Source of the DNA: an uncultured delta proteobacterium
Lineage (GTDB): Bacteria; Myxococcota_A; Polyangia; Fen-1088
Direction of reading: 5' to 3'
Assembly: GCA_963796685.1 (NCBI GenBank)
Contig: CAWCMR010000005.1
Coordinates: forward strand, 32,001 to 96,000
DNA length: 64,000 nt
Shown here: piece after piece, positions 42,407-51,574 of the stretch
How the letters are laid out: each line of letters begins with the position of its first letter
How positions within the stretch are numbered: the stretch's first letter is position 1
Notes under the pieces: model-generated
The model's database searches: none
What the model was told of the DNA's origin: nothing
Seen by the model: the letters and a program-made list of their open reading frames with translations, nothing else
Made by a program: the position numbers and the translations under genes

Positions 42407-43402
42407 ATGCATGTGGGCAAAGACACGGTTGTGGTGATAACGGGCGCCTCGGGCGGTGTGGGCCGGGCCACCGCCCGCCTGTTCGGCGAGCGCAGGGCCA
42501 AGCTGGCCCTGCTGGCCCGGGGTCGCGATGGCGTCGAGGCCGCAAAACGCGACGTGGAAGAGCGCGGCGGTCGCGCCCTGGCCATCCCCACCGACGTCAG
42601 TCAGTTCGCCGAAGTGGAAGCCGCCGCCGCGCAGGTCGAACGTGAGCTGGGGCCCATCGACGTGTGGATCAACAACGCCATGGTCTCGATGTACAGCCCG
42701 TTCTTGCAGATGCGAGCTGACGAGTTTCGCCACATCACCGAGGTGACTTTCCTGGGCACCGTGCACGGGACCAAGGCGGCCCTGACCCGCATGATCGAGC
42801 GCGACCGCGGCGTCATCGTGCAAGTCGGCTCGGCGCTGGCGTTCCGGTCGATTCCCCTGCAAAGCGCCTACTGTGCCAGCAAACACGCCATCCAGGGCTT
42901 CACGGAATCGCTGATGTCCGAGCTGATTCACGAGGGCAGCCACCTCCACGTCGCGGTGGTGAACATGCCTGCGCTGAATACCACGCAGTTCACCTGGACC
43001 AAGAACCGCATGCCCAACAAGGTCCGGCCAGTCGGCACGATCTACCAGCCCGAGGTCGCAGCCGACGCCATCCTATTCGCGATCGAGCACCGGCGTCGGG
43101 TAATCAAGGTCGGCTACACCACGGTCAAGGCGACCTTGGGCGAGAAGATCATCCCCGGCTTGCTCGACCATCACCTCGCCACAGCGGCCTGGGACGGGGC
43201 CATGTTGCCCGATTTGGAAACCTCGGGTCGGCCGGACAACTTCTGGCAGCCTCTCCCCGGCGACCACGGTGCGCACGGCGACTTCGATGTGAACGCGAAA
43301 CGGTTCAGCCTCGAGCTGTGGCTGGACAAGCGCCGTTGGGGCGTCGCGGCTGCGGTGTTGCTGGCAGCAGCGGGGCTGTGGCTGTGGAAAGAGCGCCGGT
43401 GA
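42407..43402 (+). CDS. SDR family oxidoreductase
   Basis: TGASGGVG, NNA, YCASK. Confidence 0.92.
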   Translation: MHVGKDTVVVITGASGGVGRATARLFGERRAKLALLARGRDGVEAAKRDVEERGGRALAIPTDVSQFAEVEAAAAQVERELGPIDVWINNAMVSMYSPFLQMRADEFRHITEVTFLGTVHGTKAALTRMIERDRGVIVQVGSALAFRSIPLQSAYCASKHAIQGFTESLMSELIHEGSHLHVAVVNMPALNTTQFTWTKNRMPNKVRPVGTIYQPEVAADAILFAIEHRRRVIKVGYTTVKATLGEKIIPGLLDHHLATAAWDGAMLPDLETSGRPDNFWQPLPGDHGAHGDFDVNAKRFSLELWLDKRRWGVAAAVLLAAAGLWLWKERR

Positions 43403-43422
43403 GGTGCTCCGAGGTGCCCGAA

Positions 43423-44523
43423 TCAGATTCGGTATCGCTCCGCATCGGCGTGTTTCAACACCAGACCGTGGCCGGGTCGGCCGGGATCCGGCTTGAGCGC
43501 GCCTTGCCTCACCCCCAAAGCACCGTCGAAGAGAATGGCGTCGATGCGCACGTGGTCGTGAAAGTACTCGACATGCCGGATGGACGAGACGCTACAGGCT
43601 ACGTGCGAGTGCAGCTGGGGGGCGCAGTGGGCAGACAGCGGAATGGCGAAAGCCTCGCACAAGGCGCCGACTTTGCGGAAACCGGTATAGCCACCGCAGC
43701 GGGTGACGTCGGCCTGCATGCAATCGACTGCTCGGCTTTCCAGCATGCGGCGGAAGTAGTCGAGGGTATCGCCGTACTCCCCGGCGGCGATGTCCATGCC
43801 GGCGGGGCTTCGCTCGCGCAGGAAGCGCAGGCCTGCCAGGTCGCGAGAGGGGCGGGGCTCTTCCAACCATACGACCCGCGACTCGTCGTGGAATCGCTCG
43901 GCCAGAGCCAGTGCCTGCTTGCGGCTGTAGGCGCCGTTGGCGTCGACAAACAGATCGACCCCGGGACCGATCGCCCTCCGGGCGGCGGCCACCCGCGCGG
44001 GATCGGCCTCGGGGACACGCCCCACTTTCATCTTGACGCTGGTGATGCCCATTCCTGCCCAGCTGGCAAGTTGCTCGCACAGCCTGCTTTCGCTGTAACT
44101 GGTAAAGCCGCCGCTGCCGTAGACAGGGGCCGCCTCACGCACCTGACCCAAAAGCTGCATGACGGGAACGCCGAGTAGCTTTGCATGCAGATCCCACAGC
44201 GCAATGTCCACCGCGGCGATGGCCATCGAGCCAGCGCCGGGTAGGCCGACATTGCGCAACCGCTGGCACATGGTGTGCCACACTGCCTCGGTGTTGTGTG
44301 CCGGCTGGCCCAGCACACACTCGCGCAGGATCCCGTCGATCAGCGCGGCAGTGGCAGAGCTGGCATAGGTCCACCCTAGCCCGGTTTCGCCACCAGCGGA
44401 CAGCTGCACCACGACGACGTCGGTGTACGTCCACTCAAGCGTGCCATCCGACTCAAGCGCGTCGGTTGGCACACGGTAAGTCGCAAGGTCCAGGCGATCG
44501 ATGTTCATGCTTGCGACTCTCAC
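43423..44523 (-). CDS. Mandelate racemase/enolase superfamily protein
   Basis: AAVDIALWDL, YGSGGFTSY, KMKVG, VDAN, EEP, GE. Confidence 0.9.
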   Translation of the reverse strand: MRVASMNIDRLDLATYRVPTDALESDGTLEWTYTDVVVVQLSAGGETGLGWTYASSATAALIDGILRECVLGQPAHNTEAVWHTMCQRLRNVGLPGAGSMAIAAVDIALWDLHAKLLGVPVMQLLGQVREAAPVYGSGGFTSYSESRLCEQLASWAGMGITSVKMKVGRVPEADPARVAAARRAIGPGVDLFVDANGAYSRKQALALAERFHDESRVVWLEEPRPSRDLAGLRFLRERSPAGMDIAAGEYGDTLDYFRRMLESRAVDCMQADVTRCGGYTGFRKVGALCEAFAIPLSAHCAPQLHSHVACSVSSIRHVEYFHDHVRIDAILFDGALGVRQGALKPDPGRPGHGLVLKHADAERYRI

Positions 44524-46319
44524 TTGACCTTCTGCGGAATCAGGCTCTCCACCACTCCCTTGAAGGCCTGCTTGACGATGCCCGCTTCATGAGAATCGCC
44601 ACGAAGGATGGTTTCGGTAAAGTTCTTGGCTTGCTGGAAGGTAATGTGCGGCGGCAGCGTCGGCGTATCAGGATCGGTAACCGCCTCGACGATGACGGGG
44701 CGATCGCTGACGAGCGCTCGGTCCCACGCTTCCCCCAGTTGCTCGGCCTTCTCGACCCTTATTCCGCGCAGTCCAATCGACTCGGCGAAGCCAGCGTAGG
44801 GGAAGTCCGGCAACCTCTGGCTCGCATCGAACCGCACGTCGCCCATCGCGATTCGCTGCTCCCACGTGACTTGGTTGAGATCCCTGTTGTTGAGCACCAA
44901 CGTGATCCAGTGCGGGTCGCCCCATTCCTTCCAGTATTTGGCCACCGTGATGGTTGCGTTCAGCCCGTTCATCTGCATGGCTCCGTCTCCCGTGACGGCT
45001 ATGCAGACCCGTTCCGGGTAGCAAAATTTCGCGGCTACGGCGTAAGGCACGGCAGCTCCCATCGAGGCCAAATTGCCCGACCCGCTTGCCAGCATGCCGG
45101 ACCGCACCTTGAGATCCCGAGCGTACCAATTGGCCGAAGTTCCGCTGTCCGCCGCAAGAATGCAACGTTCGGGCAACCTCGAGCTCAACTCCCAAAAAAC
45201 CCGCTCGGGGTTCAGTGTTCCTTGGTTGCCCGCGCTCATGGCGCGTCCCTCGACCACCTGCCACCAATCCTTCACATTGGCGCTCACCCTCTCCTGCCAT
45301 GCTCGGTCGTGCTTGCGCTCGAGCAACTTGGCGAGGGCGCTGAGGGTTTGTCGGGCGTCGCCTTTCAAATTGACGTCCATCGGAAAACGCAGGCTCAGCA
45401 GGCGCCCGTCGATGTCGATCTGAACCGCACGGACCTTGCCCGGCTTGGGATAGAATTCGGCATAGGGGAAGCTACTCCCGACCACGAGAAGGGTATCGCA
45501 CTCTTGCATGAGGTCCCAGCTCGGCTTGCTGCCGAGTAGGCCGATGTGTCCCGTGCAGTAGGGCACGCCGTCCGCAATCACCGCCTTGCCAAGCCAACTC
45601 TTCGCCACGCCGGCACCCAACAGATCGGCAACATGCAGGACCTCTTTCTCGGCGCCAAGCGCGCCTGCCCCGACCAGCATCGCGACCTTGCTGCCTTGGT
45701 TCAAAAGGTTTGCCGCCGCCTGCAGGTCTTCTGCATGCGGAACGATATACGCCACTGGGCAACCGATTCCCGACAGCGCATGATCGTGTCGCTGCGGAGG
45801 GCTCGGAACTGCGGCCTCCTCCTGGATGTCCTTGGGGAAAATGAGACAGGTTACGGTCTGTTGATCCAGGGCGATTCGAAAAGCCCTATCTATGCAGTGA
45901 CGAACCGCCGTCGGGCTTGCAACCGTCACGCAGAATTCGCTGGCGACGTCTTTGAAGAGGGTTTGCAAGTCGACCTCCTGTTGATACTGGCTGCCGATTG
46001 CGGTGGTTGCCGATTGCCCCACGATGGCCACCACCGGCTGGTGATCCATTTTCGCATCGTAAAGGCCGTTCAAGAGGTGGATGGCGCCGGGGCCGCTGGT
46101 TGCCATACAGACGCCAACTTGACGGGTATATTTCGCATGTCCCGAGGCCATGAATGCGGCAAGCTCTTCGTGACGGGCTTGGATGAAACGTGGCTTATCG
46201 CCATTTCTTCGTATTCCCGCTGTGAGTCCGTTGATTCCATCGCCCGGGTACCCGTAGACCCGCTTGACACCCCATTGCTGCATGCGCTCCGCTACATACT
46301 GTCCCACAATCATGGCCAT
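44520..46319 (-). CDS. Thiamine pyrophosphate-requiring enzyme (pyruvate oxidase-like)
   Basis: GYPGDG, RHEE, TSGPG, GDGAMQM..NN. Confidence 0.92.
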   Translation of the reverse strand: MAMIVGQYVAERMQQWGVKRVYGYPGDGINGLTAGIRRNGDKPRFIQARHEELAAFMASGHAKYTRQVGVCMATSGPGAIHLLNGLYDAKMDHQPVVAIVGQSATTAIGSQYQQEVDLQTLFKDVASEFCVTVASPTAVRHCIDRAFRIALDQQTVTCLIFPKDIQEEAAVPSPPQRHDHALSGIGCPVAYIVPHAEDLQAAANLLNQGSKVAMLVGAGALGAEKEVLHVADLLGAGVAKSWLGKAVIADGVPYCTGHIGLLGSKPSWDLMQECDTLLVVGSSFPYAEFYPKPGKVRAVQIDIDGRLLSLRFPMDVNLKGDARQTLSALAKLLERKHDRAWQERVSANVKDWWQVVEGRAMSAGNQGTLNPERVFWELSSRLPERCILAADSGTSANWYARDLKVRSGMLASGSGNLASMGAAVPYAVAAKFCYPERVCIAVTGDGAMQMNGLNATITVAKYWKEWGDPHWITLVLNNRDLNQVTWEQRIAMGDVRFDASQRLPDFPYAGFAESIGLRGIRVEKAEQLGEAWDRALVSDRPVIVEAVTDPDTPTLPPHITFQQAKNFTETILRGDSHEAGIVKQAFKGVVESLIPQKVK

Positions 46320-46353
46320 ATGTTCCTTTGTGTCCCGCTTGCAACAGCACGGC

Positions 46354-46369
46354 TGCAAATTGCACACCA
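46354..46369 (-). promoter_or_regulatory. sigma54-like promoter
   Basis: TGGTGTGCAATTTGCA. Confidence 0.5.
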
Positions 46370-46746
46370 ACGTGAGTGACGCGCATCGCGGGACACCTCA
46401 CTACCAGCGGTGCCTCTCCGCTACCCGTTCCGCCCTTGGAGTTCCGATGGCGGTCTTTGCATTCCGTCGTTCCTCGGGCTGGCGCAGGTCACGTCACCGA
46501 GGGCTACGGTAAGGAAACACAGGTTTCCATTTGGTATCGGGCGTTCGAGCTTGGATTCAGCCAGAGCTCCAGCCAGCCTTCCGCGCGTTCTCGGAGAAGA
46601 GTGGGGTCGAGCTCCTGGCACGTCGAGTAGGGGCAATCGTCGTGGTGCCAATGGTATTCCCGCGCCCTGACGCAATTCTTCGTGGCGTCGCGTGGAAACA
46701 CGGCGTGGATCCGGGTCGCGGACTCCGGGGCGTCAAACGTTCGCCT

Positions 46747-46762
46747 GGGCCCGGCAATTGCA
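46747..46762 (+). promoter_or_regulatory. sigma54-like promoter
   Basis: GGGCCCGGCAATTGCA. Confidence 0.55.
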
Positions 46763-46787
46763 GAGTTTGCCAGGTAGGAGGTTCAAC

Positions 46788-47021
46788 ATGAACTCAGACA
46801 TCTTGAAGGGGAAGTGGACCGAGATGAAGGGGCAGTTGCAACGGAAGTGGGGAAAGCTCAGTGACTCGGACTACGACGAAATCGCTGGCAACGTGGATGT
46901 GCTGGTAGGCCGCCTGCAACAACGCTATGGCTATCAAAGGGAGCGCGCAGAGCGCGAGGTGCACGATGTTATCAAACAACTAGCAGCCGAGAGTGCGGGC
47001 GGAGGTCCCGGCCGGGTCTGA
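46788..47021 (+). CDS. CsbD family stress protein
   Basis: MNSDILKGKWTEMKGQLQRKWGKL..GRLQQRYG; RBS AGGAGG. Confidence 0.92.
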   Translation: MNSDILKGKWTEMKGQLQRKWGKLSDSDYDEIAGNVDVLVGRLQQRYGYQRERAEREVHDVIKQLAAESAGGGPGRV

Positions 47022-47089
47022 ATCTTTTTGGTCCCTAGCTCCGACCTTCGGCCAGATCCAGCCGGTGGTGGCTTTGCCAGGCCGAGTTG

Positions 47090-47105
47090 TGGCATGGCCA
47101 GTGCA
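47090..47105 (+). promoter_or_regulatory. sigma54-like promoter
   Basis: TGGCATGGCCAGTGCA. Confidence 0.5.
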
Positions 47106-47129
47106 TTCAGCTCGAGATGAGGTGAATCC

Positions 47130-47630
47130 ATGAGATCAGCAATCATTGCAGCACTTACGTTGACGTTCGCCCCCTCCCTCGCACTGGCGAAGTCCGCGAC
47201 AGAGAAGTCGTTCCCGCCCGTCCGCTCGCTACCAGCAATCGTCGCGGACAGTGTCGTAGTCAATCCCTCGGGAACGACTGCCGCTCCCGCGCCCGTGGTC
47301 GCTGCCCCCCAAGTGGTCGAGGGTAGTCCGCGGCGCACCACGGTTCTCCACGAAGAGGAGCACAACTACATGAGCACGATTGCCGTCAACACCTTCATGG
47401 GAGGCCTGGCAGGTGTTCTTATAGGCGGAGCCATCTACTACCTGGGCAGCCGCAACCACGCCTATCGGATCGGATACTGGGCTGCCGGTGGCGTGTTGGT
47501 TGGTGCAGCCGTTGGAGTCACGCAGGTATTGGTTCAAGAGAGTCGTGCGGAAGCGGCCGTGGCGGCAACGCGGTCCTTGCAAGATCCCGCCATGACCTTC
47601 CGGGTTGCTTTGTTTCATCGGTCGTTCTAG
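47130..47630 (+). CDS. Exported/membrane hypothetical protein (glycine-zipper-like helices)
   Basis: Signal peptide; GGLAGVLIGG and GGVLVGAAVG. Confidence 0.7.
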   Translation: MRSAIIAALTLTFAPSLALAKSATEKSFPPVRSLPAIVADSVVVNPSGTTAAPAPVVAAPQVVEGSPRRTTVLHEEEHNYMSTIAVNTFMGGLAGVLIGGAIYYLGSRNHAYRIGYWAAGGVLVGAAVGVTQVLVQESRAEAAVAATRSLQDPAMTFRVALFHRSF

Positions 47631-47652
47631 CAACGCTACGGGGACGTGACGC

Positions 47653-48759
47653 CTACTCCGAGCGTCCATGACCCGACATGGCCAACCGCTTGTCCCACGG
47701 CTCGGAGATCGTGGGAATGGTTCTGGTTACTTCCTCTTCCATCGGGTGCACAATCCTGGGCACTGCCCAAGGCGGGGAGGCGAACGGCCTCGTGCTCACG
47801 GGTGGGACCGCGTGAAGGACGAACGGCGTCGAGGTCCTCCGGCCCGCAGGCCCAAACGCGGAGGTTGCTTCTGACAATTGGCCATCGGTGTGAAGGGCCC
47901 GATGGAGTGCCTCCCCAAAGGCCAGGACAGACACGAAACGGTCGTGCGGCGACTTGGCCATTCCTCGTCGCAGGACCTGCTCCACGGCGGGCAGCGAGCA
48001 GTCGTTCAACGGCAAGGGATCGCGGTTGACGACGTTGTATAGGATGGAGATGGCGGTAGCACCACGCCACGGCAGTCTGCCCGTCAGCAGCAGGTAGCTC
48101 GTTACGGCAAGCGCAAATTGGTCGCAATGAGCTCCCACGTCCCCGCTCTCTACCTGTTCGGGCGCAATGAAAGGAGGGGTTCCCTCCAGTGCGACCTTGC
48201 AGTCGAGATTGTTGCGCCGAACATCCCTGGAGATGCCAAAGTCGATAATCTTGACGATATCGCTCTCCTGCTCGCACGGCACAATCATGATGTTGCTCGG
48301 CTTGAGATCCTGGTGAACGACTCCGACCCGATGTGCAGCATGAAGCCCGTGAGCGACTTGACGAACAATGGAAGCAACCTGTGCAATGGGCAGTAAGGGT
48401 TGTTTCATCAAGATCTCGGCCAGATTCTTGCCCGGGAGGAATTCCATGACCAGGTAGGGAAGCCCCGTGTCGGTCCGGTTGAAATCCATGAGCTGCACGA
48501 CGTTCGGGTGATGGATGGTTCCCATCGCGATGGCTTCATGGCGAAATCGCTCGATTGCCTCCTCGCTCTGACATCCGGGCGGCAACACCTTGACCACGAA
48601 CTTGCCCGGCATACGTTCGTGAGAGGCGAGATACAGCACACCCATGCCACCACGACCAAGCTGCTTGAGAAGACGGTAGGTCCCCCCTAACACAGCCCCT
48701 GGCGCGAAGGCACGCGCCTTGTCGTCCAACCTGCGCTTGTTTAGAGTCGATTTCCTCAC
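47653..48759 (-). CDS. Ser/Thr protein kinase
   Basis: LGRGGMG, HQDLKPSN, DFG, APE. Confidence 0.9.
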   Translation of the reverse strand: MRKSTLNKRRLDDKARAFAPGAVLGGTYRLLKQLGRGGMGVLYLASHERMPGKFVVKVLPPGCQSEEAIERFRHEAIAMGTIHHPNVVQLMDFNRTDTGLPYLVMEFLPGKNLAEILMKQPLLPIAQVASIVRQVAHGLHAAHRVGVVHQDLKPSNIMIVPCEQESDIVKIIDFGISRDVRRNNLDCKVALEGTPPFIAPEQVESGDVGAHCDQFALAVTSYLLLTGRLPWRGATAISILYNVVNRDPLPLNDCSLPAVEQVLRRGMAKSPHDRFVSVLAFGEALHRALHTDGQLSEATSAFGPAGRRTSTPFVLHAVPPVSTRPFASPPWAVPRIVHPMEEEVTRTIPTISEPWDKRLAMSGHGRSE

Positions 48760-48787
48760 TGGCCCCTCTCTCTAGCGATAACTGCCT

Positions 48788-48803
48788 AGCGATAATTGTG
48801 CCG
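48788..48803 (-). promoter_or_regulatory. sigma54-like promoter
   Basis: CGGCACAATTATCGCT. Confidence 0.5.
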
Positions 48804-48876
48804 AAAAGGCTCGGAATCCGGTGACGTAAGCCGAGTGGGTATGTCACCGCTGCGAAACCTCCGAGGCGCCCGCTGG

Positions 48877-49455
48877 TCACGTTCGAGGAAGAATGACCAG
48901 CGCGAGTTGGTGGGCCGCATGCCACTCGGCCATGAGCAGACTCGGATCCATGCGACGCCAAGATCCCCTTGGATCCGCCACAAGCACCGCCTTCGTGACA
49001 GGATTGACACCCGCAACCACAACATAGTGCCCAATGCGACGCGAGCCGTTCTGCTCGACCAGACCGATAATTACCGGACGGCCCCTGGAGATCTCGTAGG
49101 TCAGATCGTCAAACACTCCTTCCACCAGAAAGGCCCGGACACCATGTTGCCAGGCCGCCGCTTTCAACCGACTCGCTTCCAACCCCTGGGGCGAAGAGCC
49201 CAAAGCCCTTCTCACCTCGGACAGGTCGATCTGGGGTCGCCAGAACGCCAACACTGTGGTCAGCGCCGCAACCCCACAGTCGGCCTCTTGATGGACAGGA
49301 AACAAGCGGACCCCAGGAATTTCAACCCAATGCGGATCCGATGAGATTGGGCCGGTCTGACTCGTGGCGCAGCCCGCGAACACACACAGCAGTAGGCATG
49401 ATTTGACGCGACCAACGCGAGCGCGAACAAGCCCTCTGGCCACGCTCGGATTCAT
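48877..49455 (-). CDS. Stand-alone C39-like cysteine peptidase lipoprotein
   Basis: Lipobox FAGC; Q..DCGVAAL, GHYVVV, ADP. Confidence 0.85.
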   Translation of the reverse strand: MNPSVARGLVRARVGRVKSCLLLCVFAGCATSQTGPISSDPHWVEIPGVRLFPVHQEADCGVAALTTVLAFWRPQIDLSEVRRALGSSPQGLEASRLKAAAWQHGVRAFLVEGVFDDLTYEISRGRPVIIGLVEQNGSRRIGHYVVVAGVNPVTKAVLVADPRGSWRRMDPSLLMAEWHAAHQLALVILPRT

Positions 49456-49745
49456 AGGATGAGCAAGGCGATAACCACCACCAACGCCAGCGCTACCACC
49501 CCGCCACCAAGGTAAATGCTCACACCTTCTCCGCCGCGAAATTTTCCCAGCTCCTTCGGGGTTCGCTTCTCACGCGCCGCATAGCGAGCAAGCTCATTCG
49601 CGTCGACCGGAGCTGCACGAGCAGGTTTTTCGACAGCGCGCGTGACCGTGGTCGCCGCGGTCGACGCCCCCACGGCCTCGGCCGATGCCATGGGAACCGC
49701 CGCTATCCAGAACCCCACAATGAAGATCAACCCTCGCAGTGTCAT
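49452..49745 (-). CDS. Small exported protein with FRGG motif and hydrophobic C-terminal tail
   Basis: RBS GAGGAGG; signal peptide; ..ELGKFRGG-EGVSIYLGGGVVALALVVVIALLIL; overlaps the C39 start. Confidence 0.7.
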   Translation of the reverse strand: MTLRGLIFIVGFWIAAVPMASAEAVGASTAATTVTRAVEKPARAAPVDANELARYAAREKRTPKELGKFRGGEGVSIYLGGGVVALALVVVIALLIL

Positions 49746-49959
49746 CAGGAACCTCCTCTGGCTCATCTCGTGCCGCTAGGTACAAAGTCTGTGCCAACGA
49801 CACATTCGCTGAGTCCTGCGAGAAGCGTCCCCAACGCCAATTGGCTTGGCGCATGGATCCGATGCGACCCCGGTTACGCTTCTGTTACATCGGGTACGTC
49901 GCGGTTACCTCGGGTATGGATCGTCCAAGTCGTGGGACGCTCGTGTCTGCCCTGTGCAT

Positions 49960-49975
49960 TGGCCCAGACTGTGCA
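49960..49975 (+). promoter_or_regulatory. sigma54-like promoter
   Basis: TGGCCCAGACTGTGCA. Confidence 0.5.
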
Positions 49976-50025
49976 GTAGTACGGGTCCGCAGTCAGGTGA
50001 AGCAACAAACTACGGGAGGTGTTCA

Positions 50026-50244
50026 ATGGCGACTCAGAGAACAACACACTCGCTGGATGAAGGACGCATCACTTTTGAAGACCCCAGCCATACCAAGCCC
50101 AAGGATCCAGTCTGCGAGATGGATGTGGATCCGAATGGTGAGGGCACGCAAACGCTGGTTCACGGTGGCAAGACCTACTTCTTCTGCTCGGAAGAATGTA
50201 GGGACAATTTCGCATCTGATCCGGACAAGTTCGTCCCCAACTAG
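50026..50244 (+). CDS. YHS domain protein
   Basis: KDPVCEM..GKTYFFCSEEC..F..DPDKF. Confidence 0.88.
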   Translation: MATQRTTHSLDEGRITFEDPSHTKPKDPVCEMDVDPNGEGTQTLVHGGKTYFFCSEECRDNFASDPDKFVPN

Positions 50245-50266
50245 CCCCTGGCTGGACAGGAAGACC

Positions 50267-50419
50267 ATGCGAGCCATACTCATCATCATTATCGTGCTCC
50301 TACTGGTAGGGGCTCTCCCAACATGGCCTTATAGTTCTGGGTGGGGCTACTATCCCAGTGGTGGGCTCGGACTCTTATTGGTAATTCTCTTCGTTCTCAT
50401 GCTGCTTGGCCATATTTGA
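50267..50419 (+). CDS. DUF3309 family small membrane protein
   Basis: GALPTWPYSSGWGYYPSGGLG. Confidence 0.9.
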   Translation: MRAILIIIIVLLLVGALPTWPYSSGWGYYPSGGLGLLLVILFVLMLLGHI

Positions 50420-50464
50420 ATCATTGGCCGCTTGCCTCGGCCGGCGTGGTGCTTGGGGTCGCGG

Positions 50465-50480
50465 CGGCACGTCGATTGCA
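50465..50480 (+). promoter_or_regulatory. sigma54-like promoter
   Basis: CGGCACGTCGATTGCA. Confidence 0.6.
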
Positions 50481-50500
50481 CCCGGAAAGTAGGGCTTCCG

Positions 50501-50647
50501 ATGAAGAGACTCTTGCTGCTGATGCTCTTGGTCGCCGTCGAGCTTGGCGGATGTTACGTAGGGGTGCGCGGATGTGGATGCGGACGCGAGCACCGTGGAT
50601 TCCATGAGGGCAGACCGGCCGGCTGCGGGTTTTCATGCGGGGCCTGA
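50501..50647 (+). CDS. Small putative lipoprotein (3' end possibly truncated)
   Basis: MKRLLLLMLLVAVELGGCYV. Confidence 0.5.
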   Translation: MKRLLLLMLLVAVELGGCYVGVRGCGCGREHRGFHEGRPAGCGFSCGA

Positions 50648-50717
50648 GCCCGCAGGACGACGACGAAGGTCTCGCCCCCGACCATCGCGGTCCGCTACGA
50701 CGCGGCTCGTTGCCGCC

Positions 50718-50766
50718 TGGCTCACGGGAGCTGGGAGTAGGTCACGGGGTTCGGGTAGTTGCCGGT
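50718..50766 (+). repeat. 49-bp direct repeat, identical to 51571-51619 (3' end of the GH8 gene)
   Basis: TGGCTCACGGGAGCTGGGAGTAGGTCACGGGGTTCGGGTAGTTGCCGGT at both sites. Confidence 0.95.
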
Positions 50767-50792
50767 TGCGCGCTGGCTGACGGCGGGACCAT

Positions 50793-51170
50793 TCAGCAAG
50801 GCAACGATTTTATGGGATACGCCATGATATCGCGGTCGCGGGTGACGAGAGTCAGTCCATCTGCCCCCGCCTGGGCCACCAGCATGCGATCGAACGGATC
50901 GCGGTGTAGCCCGGGCAGCCTGCGCAGTCGCTGTACATGGCGAAGATGAACCGGCAGCTCGATGAAGCGTAGACGCTTCATTTGCGCCTCCAGGTCGTCC
51001 GGCACATCGAGCTTGCCGAGAGCTCGCTTGATTTCCATCTCCCAAGCAGAAACCACGCTGACCAGGACCGTAGTCTCGGGCCGTTCAAGGAGTTGGCGAA
51101 CCCGCGCAGAAAGCTCGCCCGGCGAGGCAAGTGCCCAGAGTAGCGCGTGGGTGTCGAGGAGCAGCCTCAC
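50793..51170 (-). CDS. vapC: PIN-domain (VapC-type) toxin
   Basis: LLLDTHALLW, SVVSAWE, HRDPFDRMLVAQA, LVTRD. Confidence 0.92.
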   Translation of the reverse strand: MRLLLDTHALLWALASPGELSARVRQLLERPETTVLVSVVSAWEMEIKRALGKLDVPDDLEAQMKRLRFIELPVHLRHVQRLRRLPGLHRDPFDRMLVAQAGADGLTLVTRDRDIMAYPIKSLPC

Positions 51171-51436
51171 CTCGACCGTTTCTTGGATTGCCGGGCGGGG
51201 ACCACCGTGCCCTCGAAGAGACGAATGATCTCATCAGGCGTTTCGTCGAAATCGTCGGCCGCGCGCACCTTGCCCTCCCAACCACCCAGGCTGCGTGGTG
51301 TTTCCTCGGGAAGGCAGGAGACCAGGCGGACGTATGGACGCCCCGACTTGGCGATGACGATGTCCTCCCCCGCCACCGCTTCTTCGAGGAGACGGGAAAG
51401 GTGCGTCTTAGCCTCCTGGACGTTCACCGCTTTCAT
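51167..51436 (-). CDS. Phd/YefM-family antitoxin
   Basis: VNVQEAKTHLSRLLEE..GEDIVIAKSGRP. Confidence 0.92.
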   Translation of the reverse strand: MKAVNVQEAKTHLSRLLEEAVAGEDIVIAKSGRPYVRLVSCLPEETPRSLGGWEGKVRAADDFDETPDEIIRLFEGTVVPARQSKKRSR

Positions 51437-51442
51437 ACACAG

Positions 51443-51471
51443 AGTCTGGTCTGGTCTGGTCTACTTGTCAA
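51443..51471 (-). promoter_or_regulatory. TA promoter with (AGACC)n repeats
   Basis: TTGACA-agtagaccagaccagac(17)-CAGACT, 6 bp before the ATG. Confidence 0.6.
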
Positions 51472-51473
51472 GC

Positions 51474-51562
51474 TCGCGCAGGTCGAGGTCGCCATCACCT
51501 TCGACCCGCCCTGGACGCCCGAGCCCATGAGCGACGACGCCCGCATGATTCTGAATTCGTAA
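51474..51562 (+). pseudogene. sufT: Third, diverged copy of the sufT 3' tip
   Basis: AQVEVAITFDPPWTPEPMSDDARMILNS* vs AQVEVAITFDPPWTPELMSDDARMMLNL*. Confidence 0.9.
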
Positions 51563-51574
51563 GCCCGGCGTGGC

